NCBI GenBank assembly: GCA_032718475.1
Contig: JAUCBJ010005260.1
Span: forward strand, 14,424-78,423
Direction: 5' to 3'
Length of the DNA: 64,000 bases
From: Nemertoderma westbladi
Lineage: Eukaryota; Animalia; Xenacoelomorpha
In this document: piece by piece, positions 1 to 9,700 of the stretch
Numbering within the stretch: position 1 is the stretch's first letter
Layout: each line of letters begins with the position of its first letter
Made by a program: the position numbers and the translations under genes
Notes under the pieces: generated by a model
The model's input: the letters and a program-made list of their open reading frames with translations, nothing else
What the model was told of the DNA's origin: nothing
The model's database searches: none

Positions 1-53
1 GCAGCTCCAGTAGTGAGGATACTGTAGAGCTGACACCCGAGCGCGGAGCGGAG

Positions 54-2669
54 ATGACGGATGCGGTTTATACGGATCCCCTTCTCATCCTTCCTGCAGC
101 CGTACTCAGCGGGTTATTGATCGCGGTGGAAGAACACCAGATCGATTGGGCGAGGAGTCAACGATCCACTAGAGATAGTTATGCGGGGTACACGAGGGAA
201 GAATTGAAGTCTATTGTCGAGTCGCAATGGAACTTCCCCGGACCCGGACTCCCGTTTGATTTATCAGAAGCTACCTGGGAAGACATACACCGGATGGGAG
301 TAGCCAAGGAAACTATCGATCCAGCTGTATGGAAGAGGTCCGCAGCCGGATACGCACAGGGATTCTTCAGCTCTATGGAGCGAGTAGAAAGACAACTATT
401 TAAACAACCTCAAGGACCTCAAGAGCAGGAACAGCTGCTTTATCAAGTTAGAGAAAGAGTTCTGCGAATTAGGCTAATCTTATCCGCCTTTGAGGAGGCT
501 TCTAAAAGAAGACAAGACACGTTGTTGCAAGTTGCCGTAAAGACTTGGCTTCAAAGGGTGAGACGCCAGGTTCAAGGAGCAGCTCAGTGGAAAGTTCAGT
601 TGGAGGAGCGCTCAACACAAGGAGAATCGACAGACGCTACTTTCTCCCAAGTGGAAGGTGAAGCGACGGCAGAGAAACCGCATAAGAAGGATGCCATTGA
701 TATCTATCTGTCAGACTATCAGCGTTTTGTGGGAGATGAAGAGTTGAGGAGAAGGCTAGAGGGACTTAGCCCTAATAGCGAAGGAGCCAAACTTGTGTTA
801 GATGCGATTGATGTGGATAGGTTAGCGGCGAACCAAGCTAAATTCGATGAACAACTCCGCATCGCTAGAGAAAAGGAAGAACAAGTAAGGAAAAAGCGTA
901 TAGAAGACAGAAAGATAGCAGCAGTGGCAGAGGCAGAAAGAAAAGCGGCAGCGGCAGAGGCAAAAGCGGCAGCGGCAGCGGCAAAAGCGGCAGCAGTGGC
1001 GGAAGCAGAACGAAAAGTGGCGGAAGCAGAACGAAAAGCGGCAGCGGCAGAGGCAAAAGCGGCAGCAGCAGAGGCAAAAGCGGCAGCAGTGGCGGAAGTA
1101 GAACGAAAAGCGGCTGAAGAGATCATCCAACTGGAGTTGGAAAATCTTCAAGAGAAGCAAGACGACTTCAGTAAACAGTTAGCAGCTAGTAATATGCAGA
1201 TGATGAGTCGATCTACTCCCAAAAGACAAGGGTATACCTCATCTGAGGAAGGTGATACCACCGACACTGAAGGCGGAAGAAATCGATCTCGCCTAAGCAG
1301 ACGTAAAAGAACATTCCACCGGCAGAAATTGCCTGATTTGCCTCCAGCTGTTAGAAGGCAACTAAATAACACCAAAGTAGGTAGTACAGAACCCACAGAC
1401 CAAATGATTACAATAGAAAGACTCCCTACTATAGTAGATGAGCCTGAAATAAGTAGGCCTGTTTTTGAAATCACCCCTTCGGTAATGGATACGCCTGTGC
1501 TCCCTGAAGCTACCTATAAATTCCCTCTGCATAGCACTAAGCTACCTGTGCCCCGTAGAACTGCCCAGGAGACAGTTCAGGTCCTGGACCCCGAGCGAAA
1601 TATTCCAATTTTGTCGCCCGTTGTCCCTCGTCGGCCCGCTACGACGTTGGCGGATCCCGTTTCGGCGGTTGATTGGGTAGACGAGAGACGGCGGGGGATG
1701 GATATTCTCCTCGGAGAGATGAAGGAGAATCGGAGACTCTCCTCCCAACAGGTCCGAGAGTTGGAAGGGACTGTCCAACATTTAAAGGGAACAGTGAGGG
1801 AAAGTAAGTTAGAGTTGCAAGAAGTGCAGCAAAATATCGCGCTAGAGCGCGATAAATTAGTAAATTTACAAAAGGGTATACCACCACCCCCTGTAACAAT
1901 GTGTCAACCCGTTAGGTCTGAAGTATCTCATGCGCAAGGTGTGGAGCCTACACGCATTTATACTGCTAGCGAAGTAGAGACTCCTATAGTGAACACTATT
2001 AAGGGTAATTATAGACCTGTTGATAATGATATTCCCTATAGAACTGATCATAATCCGAGAAATTTATATACCGATAACTCGATATTAAATAGCACGATGG
2101 CCCAAGAAAGTTTTACGCGTCAAATGGCTAGAACCGAAGCCCGGCAAGCGGTAAAGGTTGGAGAGATCGTCAAGTTCAATGGAGATGAGATGAAATGGTT
2201 ACCTTTTAATGAATATTACAAAGATAACATACAGAACTCTGTACTATCTAATGGAGAAAAACTTAGATACCTCATCGAGTGCTTGGAAGGATCTCCCAAG
2301 TTAATGGCGTTAAAGTTTATTGGACATCCAGACGGATTAAGACAAGTTTGGGATACACTAAACATCAGGTATGGTAATAGGAATAATATCGCTGGGTACT
2401 TGTATGCCAAGTTAGTAGCGCCCCGAAAGTTTATTAGTAGCGGAATTATCGAGTTTTCCGATGAGATCCAGGAGATCTGCAGACAATTAGACTGGCTAGG
2501 TAAGTCTCATGAGTATCAGAACACTATGGTTATTAGAGCAGTGGCTTCTACTTTACCGAAAGGTGGAGTAGGTACACGCTGGGATAAGAAAGTACTATAT
2601 ATGATGGAACAACAACGACGAGACCCTACCATGGCTGATCTCATGTCATTCTTGGATGGTGGTTATTAG
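54..2669 (+). CDS. gag: Gag of host Bel/Pao element (coiled-coil N-terminus, DUF1759-like domain); frameshifted by a 133-bp tandem duplication
   Basis: ORF track 871 aa; motif KFNGDEMKWLPF...EKLRYLIECLEG...L..RYG. The ORF ends within the duplicated segment. Confidence 0.85.
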   Translation: MTDAVYTDPLLILPAAVLSGLLIAVEEHQIDWARSQRSTRDSYAGYTREELKSIVESQWNFPGPGLPFDLSEATWEDIHRMGVAKETIDPAVWKRSAAGYAQGFFSSMERVERQLFKQPQGPQEQEQLLYQVRERVLRIRLILSAFEEASKRRQDTLLQVAVKTWLQRVRRQVQGAAQWKVQLEERSTQGESTDATFSQVEGEATAEKPHKKDAIDIYLSDYQRFVGDEELRRRLEGLSPNSEGAKLVLDAIDVDRLAANQAKFDEQLRIAREKEEQVRKKRIEDRKIAAVAEAERKAAAAEAKAAAAAAKAAAVAEAERKVAEAERKAAAAEAKAAAAEAKAAAVAEVERKAAEEIIQLELENLQEKQDDFSKQLAASNMQMMSRSTPKRQGYTSSEEGDTTDTEGGRNRSRLSRRKRTFHRQKLPDLPPAVRRQLNNTKVGSTEPTDQMITIERLPTIVDEPEISRPVFEITPSVMDTPVLPEATYKFPLHSTKLPVPRRTAQETVQVLDPERNIPILSPVVPRRPATTLADPVSAVDWVDERRRGMDILLGEMKENRRLSSQQVRELEGTVQHLKGTVRESKLELQEVQQNIALERDKLVNLQKGIPPPPVTMCQPVRSEVSHAQGVEPTRIYTASEVETPIVNTIKGNYRPVDNDIPYRTDHNPRNLYTDNSILNSTMAQESFTRQMARTEARQAVKVGEIVKFNGDEMKWLPFNEYYKDNIQNSVLSNGEKLRYLIECLEGSPKLMALKFIGHPDGLRQVWDTLNIRYGNRNNIAGYLYAKLVAPRKFISSGIIEFSDEIQEICRQLDWLGKSHEYQNTMVIRAVASTLPKGGVGTRWDKKVLYMMEQQRRDPTMADLMSFLDGGY
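918..1115 (+). repeat. Coding minisatellite encoding AEAERKAAAAEAK repeats
   Basis: Repeated GCGGCAGCGGCAGAGGCAAAA / GTGGCGGAAGCAGAACGAAAA units. Confidence 0.9.
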
Positions 2670-2792
2670 AGCAGTGGCTTCTACTTTACCGAAAGGTGGA
2701 GTAGGTACACGCTGGGATAAGAAAGTACTATATATGATGGAACAACAACGACGAGACCCTACCATGGCTGATCTCATGTCATTCCTAGATGG
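2527..2792 (+). repeat. 133-bp tandem duplication in gag
   Basis: TGGTTATTAGAGCAGTGG... starts at both 2527 and 2660. Confidence 0.95.
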
Positions 2793-3991
2793 AGAAGTGA
2801 AATTGCAACTCCTCAAGCAGTCTCGAGAGAAGACACCGGAAAACAAGGTAAGTGAAAAACCAGTCTCTAGGAGAAAGGTAACACCAGTGTGTTATACAGA
2901 CGACGGCGAAAGCCAGACTTCTCAAGGAGAAGATAGCGGGAAGGACACTAATAGATCTTATTATGTCAATAAAATGCCTAAAGATCAGGTAAGTAAATTC
3001 AAGTCTCGAACAAATGACAGGAGGGAACAGGTAAGAAAAACTCCTCCCACGTCTCCCAAGAGAATTCAGGTGAGAAAACCCGAAGAAAAGGCAAGTGTAC
3101 ACAATGTGACTCAAAACAAGGTAAGTAACATCAAACCAAAATGTGCGCTGTGCGACGGGACCCACTATTTGAATAGGTGTGATGAATTTCTAAAGAAATC
3201 ATTAACGGAGAGACGCGAAGTCATGTGGGATAAGCGGTTATGTTATAATTGCCTCAGACAAGGACACCAACGGCGAACCTGTTTCTCTGACATAAGGTGT
3301 GCAAAGTGTGGTGCGAAACATCATATCTTGTTGCACGCTGAATTCGATCGAAATAGTCCGAATCAGGTAAGTGATTCCGAGCTACATGTCCAATTCAGTG
3401 ATGTGAACGACACTGATCAATCTGAGATGGAAGGATTCTATACAGACGAGTTCTCTGACGAAAACGAATCCTGTTACATGATAAATACCGCAGTGTATCG
3501 AGCACTCACATATGAAAGAGATACAGAGAACGACTTTACTCTAACTACTTCTGAACGACAACCACCTTGGAAAGAGACATCCTCCAATGTAGGGATCCGA
3601 GAGTTTCCTGTGGTGCAGGTAAGGGTTCACGGACCTAAGAGGAGTTATGTAGTGAACGCCCTCCTGGACTCCGGCAGCACAGGAACATTCATCGATAAAG
3701 AGTTAGCCGAAGATATATTTGCTGGACAACCCAAGTTCCAAACTAAGCTCAATATGTCGGGCATTATGCAAGTTTGGAAATCTACAATAACAGCTGATTA
3801 TTATGTCGGAGCGTTGTCCACCCCCCAGGACGAATTAGGAGAACACAGCATAAGGTCAGTGAAAATGGTGGCTATAAAGAACTTCGCTACTACTCAAGCA
3901 GACCTTTATGATTGGGACGAGGATGAGAGCATCCAGCATCTTAACATACCTCGATTCCAGACTGATTATCCTGGAGTGCAAATACTCATCG
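2656..3991 (+). CDS. Gag C-terminus (3 zinc knuckles) and Pao aspartic protease of host element, cut by nested insertion
   Basis: CALCDGTHYLNRC, CYNCLRQGHQRRTC, CAKCGAKHHILLH, ALLDSGS. Confidence 0.9.
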
Positions 3992-4118
3992 TATAGAATT
4001 ATATTCCCTAAATGCCGTGGATTTTCAAAATTTTTATTTTATTCGAATTAACTTTGTAAAGATTGCTTTGAGTTCTCATTAGTATTGGTTCTATCTATTG
4101 TGTATCTATCGGTCAAGT

Positions 4119-4205
4119 GGTTCAGTAGCTCAGTTGGTAGAGCGTTGGAAATTATATGTGTAGTAGGTATCGAGTTCGAATCCTAGTAAGTGCGAATTAT
4201 TTTTT
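4119..4205 (+). ncRNA. tRNA-derived Pol III-type unit in LTR U3 (not a canonical tRNA)
   Basis: A box TAGCTCAGTTGG(TAGAGCG) at 4126, B box GAGTTCGAATCC at 4172 and a T6 run at 4200-4205. Acceptor and anticodon stems do not pair properly. Confidence 0.6.
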
Positions 4206-4402
4206 GTGCAGAATTTCAACTCATTTAAATTAACCGCTACAAATTAATTGCATTTGTCTGTACCAATAAGGCTGTAGTTATTTGATTGTAACCAATGTCG
4301 TGCAAGTTATATATTAGCTGGACCAATAAGCTATCTTTAAAACCTTGTTAGAACCCATAGAACAATCGAGAATTTTCTCGATTGATTGCAGCACAAATTT
4401 AG

Positions 4403-4410
4403 TATATAAA
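4403..4410 (+). promoter_or_regulatory. LTR TATA box
   Basis: TATATAAA preceded by repeated ACCAAT motifs and followed about 20 nt later by Inr-like TCATTAGTT. Confidence 0.6.
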
Positions 4411-5914
4411 GGTGCGATTCGTTCATTAGTTATCAATCTCTCAATCTTGTATTTCAATCTATACTTCTCAGATTTATTCTGTCGTGCTTAGTTTATTCTC
4501 AGATTACATTGTATTATAATTGTATCTTCTGTAATAAAGTCAGAATATTCTCTCAGTTTTTCTGTTTTACTATGAATTCACTACGGTGAACAAACTCGGG
4601 GACAGGATGGCCAGCTAGAGATCGGGCCGCAGCAATGAACGGGAACATCACGGGAATGTAGACGAGAGACAACCCGCAATACCATCTAGTGTTATTCGCC
4701 CATCGCCTGAAAGGTTAGACAGCGTTCGATCCTTGCTACCTAAGTATAAGACCAAAAGATCAAAAGGTAGACGCAGTGACACGCTGTAAGCCCAAAATTA
4801 CATCATAGGGACTGTACTGTCTTGATTCAGGAAAAAACCGCAGTAGACCTTCATATTCCTACGGGGGGAGGGAAAGCGCAGGCAGATACTAGTACGCAGA
4901 TAGGACGTAGGCACACCGGTACAAGGCATACACATTGGTTAGGGTGCAGCAAACTGTACGCTTAACTCTTGCTAAGTACAGGTGTGTGTGCGACTATTTG
5001 CCGTACAACGGTGTCCAGTGCATTAGAACTTGTAGGCTAGGGGGGTTGCTGTGTTTTCACCTGAATTGGGATTGTACCGTTCAGGCGGTAGGGCAGTTTA
5101 CGCTAGGCGCAAAATAAATTGAGGCTATCAGGGATATACTAACATCTACCGTGTCCCCGCCAACGCCCTAATAGGAAGTTACCCGGACTACCTGGGTGAC
5201 TAAAATTCTAGATAGGAGCCAGGATAGCTATTAGTACCCGTACGCCTACAGTAGTAAACTAACACATCTCTTCTTAGTATCAGGGACCTGGTACCTAAAA
5301 TTGCCGAATTCTGGGCGTAGTATTAACCTTATGCCTGAATTTGAGTCCTGGAAATACGCAAGAGGGGAAGGAACCTTACCATTCGTGAGTATTGGACCTA
5401 CAAGTTACAAATTAGAATATTCGTAAAATGCACACCGTACCCAGTAATTATATATGTGAAGGAGCAAAACTGCTTTTGACCGTTCAGAATTAACACACGC
5501 GCGTTAGAAATTATTTACACCTCAAAATATATAAAATTAACTTAGTCCGTACTGTGCTTTGCCCGCTAGTTAGACATCTCCAAATCTGCTCTGTACCTAG
5601 CTAGCGTCCTTTCGCCCAACCATATAAATCACACCGCGGCAAAGTATACGAGCCTCTTAGTCCGTCAGTGAGTCAGCCTGATTTTAGGATTCGCTGCGCG
5701 GGATTTTGTTTTATCGAAGTTTGTCCGCTCGTAGACTGTTTTCTGCCTCACCGGTTAAAAGAGATAGATACTGCAATATATTCGCTTACTTAGGGTTTAC
5801 TGTTTTGGTGAGAAGGTCGGATTTATGATTTGATTTACAAACTTTACAGTAGGATATTGCAGGTATTGTTACCGTCTCTTCCGATAGTAGGAATAGGCGT
5901 ATCTCTCCAATTTA

Positions 5915-5925
5915 GTAGGAATATG
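5915..5925 (+). promoter_or_regulatory. Non-tRNA primer-binding site, complementary to LTR 4852-4862
   Basis: GTAGGAATATG abuts the LTR end; its reverse complement CATATTCCTAC lies at 4852-4862. Confidence 0.7.
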
Positions 5926-6516
5926 TTTTACTGAACTACGGTTTGGTAGGACTAAAGTTATTTGAAAATTTTGTATTTTGAGGTAAAAAATTTATATTTG
6001 ATTAGCTAAGTGCTAATTTTTTGAAATAAAATTTGATTTGAACCGCGTGTAAAATATTTTGGAATTGAATACCGGTGTTTAAAAAGGGTTTAAATACCAT
6101 ATTGTACCGGTACAAAATTTCGTAAAGTAAAACCTAACTCTTTTGTTTTTCAGGATTCAGAACTCATTTCTAGACTGTAACGGGAGCAAGACCGTGTTTA
6201 GCAAGTTTGGGAGATAGATAACCCAACAACTTTGGTTGGGAAAATCGCGTTTCGTCCGCAACGTTAAAAACGGAAAGGTTCACGTTCGGTTTGTATCTGG
6301 GAATCTGTTTTTCTGGAGAATTATTGGAGTGGGTGAGTTCGAAAAGTTGCATAAATAAGTTAGGCATTACCGTATTAGTTAAAATTATTGTGGGTTCCAC
6401 TGTCTCAAGTATTTATGCATTCCGTATGATTTCTTTGTTCATTGCTGAATTAGTCCGTATTATTGTATTTAATTTACCTTTTGATAACGCATATCGTTAT
6501 CCGATTTATTTGTTAT

Positions 6517-6639
6517 AAAATTGGCCGCTAGGCTAATTTTATTATATACTTATTCCGTGACATTTATTTGCTGTAAAATTGGCCGTTTAGGCTAATTTTA
6601 TCCATCTGCTATAAAATCGGCCGGTAGGCTAATTTTATA
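6517..6639 (+). repeat. Three hairpin repeats in the leader (AAAATTGGCC-loop-GGCTAATTTT)
   Basis: Copies at about 6517, 6575 and 6613. Confidence 0.85.
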
Positions 6640-6721
6640 AGACTGTAATTAGTACCGTTTTATACAAATACGGTAAACTCGATACTTTGACACTCACTTC
6701 ACTTGACTTACAACTACCGAA

Positions 6722-9700
6722 ATGAGTGACAAACAAGACTATACGAAGAATACACAAACCGACTATGACTCATGTGACGCGGATAAGTCAGCAGCGGAAG
6801 AACAACAGGGGAAGACTCGCGAGCCTACCGAACCTACACCGTGTGCGTCACCAGTACATCCAACGGGAGTACCGGATGCCGTAGTACGAGGCGACGGCAG
6901 GACCGAGGACTTTCTAACTGTTCCGCAACCTAGATACAGGGAAACGGAAATGGTAAGTTCAGCAGGAAGCACAGAGAGCGTGGTTAGAAGCGTCGGAGGT
7001 TACATGGCGCATATAACCAGGAGTATTGGAGAAGACCAACGCATATTAGACGGGTTGACCGCTCCGATGTCTCGATTCGAGTTCTACACCCTCCAGGTTA
7101 GAGTACAGAGTAAAGTATATAAGTCCGTAGATAATCTAGTTGGCCTACAAGATCTAGCTAGACAGAGACAGGACATGGATACTCAACTTAGAATCCTCGA
7201 GAAACTAATGATCACTAGAGAGAAACTGATTCAGTTTAAGTCGACGATTAGACAGATACAACAGGAACAAGCGGACCAGTTGTTAGGTGAGTCAGTTTCG
7301 GACGAATTATTACAGCCCGAGGAAGAACAGGAACTGTACCGACTGGATGGACAATTGAAACACCTGACGGACCACTTACGCATGTGCGGCGAAGACGTCG
7401 GCGATTTAGAAACCGTGCCGGAATACACGAGGGAAACTCCATTCGCACAAATCGAATCGGCACCGGGAATACTAAATCAATCGCTGGTAAGTATTCGTAG
7501 CGAAATCTGCGAGGGAAGTATGGTCACGTCAGAAGTTGCTCGACAACAGCAACAGTTCTACAGACAGCAACACGAGATGGAAGAACAAGCTCAACTTCTA
7601 ATGATACAAACAGCAGTAGAGGAAGAGAAAATACGTGTTGCGAATGTAGCGAGAATCTCTCATCTGCAGGAACAAGCCGAACTCGAAGCGGCCGAAATGG
7701 AAAGGTTAGAGTTGGACATTGCCCAACAAGCGGCAGCGGCCGAGTTAGCGCAACGAACGGCAACAGCCGAGTTAGAGCGACAAACGGCAGCGGCAGCCGC
7801 AGCGGCAGAGTTAGAGCGACAGACGGCAGCGGCCGAGTTAGAGCGACAAACGGCTGCGGCAGAGTTAGAGCGACAAACGGCTGCGGCAGAGTTAGAGCGA
7901 CAAAGATTAGTTTCGGAAGCCAGAGTCGAGATGAAGACACGGCAAATAAAAGCCCAACAAGCGATACGACAAGCAGAGTTCGAGGCGCAACAACAACAAA
8001 CGGAACAACGAGAAAAGGAAGTTAAACTTCGTTTCGAACTTGAGAAAAGGGCGAGAGAATTAGCCGAAACTAAGGAAAATCTGGATCTTCTAGCCCGCGA
8101 TCGATCGATGAGATCTCGTGACGGACATGATTTGGACCAGTTAGAGGTAAGACATCGCCAAATTCAGGAACGGAAGAAGGAAGGAAGCATAGGAGCACCC
8201 GGACGGGAACGACAATTAGTAAAGGACGTGTGTCAACGATTCCCACAGGTAACTCATATGTTTGCACCGGTTACGACTAAGGAACCTGTTTCGATTGCGG
8301 GTAGTAGTGATATTTCTCCTATCCATGGTGCGACGGAACACAGGTTTGTTATTCCGAACGAGTTTATACCGCCAAGAGCAACGTCGTCGCCCATTCCGAA
8401 AGTCAAGGTAAGTAACCCACCGATTACAGATCGTAGTAGTTTATTAGTCAGACCTGCACTACTGACGACAAAACAGGTGAGTCCACCTTTGACACCTAAA
8501 CCCGTTACGCACTACGATTACCCAATGACATTTCGGCCTACAAGGCCTTTGGATTCAAACGCGGTCGTCCGACCACCATTCAATCAGTTTACGTCGCAAT
8601 CTACGACTTCGAGGAAGACTTGTGAGCCTACCGAACAATGGAGAACAGTGGATACGCGACCGGTTCAGTTTACGTCGCAATCTACGACTTCGAGGAAGAC
8701 TTGTGAGCCTACCGAACAACGAAGAACAGTGGACGATGTTCCGAAACGAGCCGTTAGAATTCGAACGACGCAACGGACGCGAGCACGTCGACCACCATAT
8801 CCAGATGATAGTAGTACTTCGAGCGAATCGGATTACCCGAAACGCGAGGTATTTAGAACAGGGGCGGCCGATGAATATAAACGCGAGCGTTCAGACAACT
8901 CCTTTGCAGACAATCCTCCACAGAATACACCAACACAGAAGGCGTTACAACCAACGGACGCAATTAGTACACAACAGTTCGCCGACATTCTGCGACCAGT
9001 TGTCAACAAGTTGGCTCAGATTGAGGAGCGTCTGGAGGAAGTTCAAACCGATAGTTCGAGGAACACCGAATTCGAACACAATAGACACCCGAAGGCACCA
9101 CAAAGACCGGTACCTTCAAACCCCACATCGTATCAGGGAAAAGCGCCTAGAAGGGAGAACATCAACCAGGTTACCAACCAAGGACGCGAAACTCTGAACG
9201 TTGCAGAGGAGATAGCGAAATTCGCAGCCAGACAGGGATTGCCGGTACAACAACCACCGAAGTTTTCCGGTAGCTCAAAACACTGGCATACCTTCGTAGA
9301 CTATATCGAATCCCAGATCGCCGTGTGCGCCTTTACATCACGGGAGAAGTTCAATTACCTGCTCCAAACGTTGTCAGGAGAACCTAAACGTTTGGCGGAG
9401 ACTTTCGTTGGTGTACCGGACGCTTTCGAACTAGCGTACGATCGTTTGACTTCGATATACGGAGGTACAGTGAGTATGGCCAGGTCAGTAATAGAGGAAC
9501 TCTGTAAGGGAGGGGCTATCACTAAACCCGTCGACTTACTAAAACTGGCTGACGAGATTAAGAACGCTATCACTACCTTAAGATCAATTGGACAACTTGA
9601 TTACGGGAATACCCCTACAGTTCTATTAAAGATAATAGGACGACTCCACCATCGACTTCGTCGGGGGTGGAGGAAGGTCGAATACCAGCGAGAGGAGCGA

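Larger units (their letters stand above)
3992..5914 (+). repeat. 5' LTR of nested Bel/Pao element
   Basis: Direct repeat of 18611-20533. TATA box 4403-4410 and upstream CCAAT boxes; AATAAA at 4533 and 5113. Confidence 0.97.

Noticed and set aside
719-1160. Antisense Ala-, Cys- or Leu/Pro-rich ORFs
   Set aside because: Shadows of the gag minisatellite.
4119-4195. Functional tRNA gene
   Set aside because: Only the A/B boxes are tRNA-like; acceptor and anticodon stems do not form.
4935-5117. 60-aa ORF in LTR (also 19554-19736)
   Set aside because: Non-ATG start, short, no motifs; overlaps predicted RNA stems.
4555-5914. Hammerhead, HDV or group II ribozyme in LTR
   Set aside because: No CTGANGA/GAAA core, nested double pseudoknot or domain V could be identified by eye.
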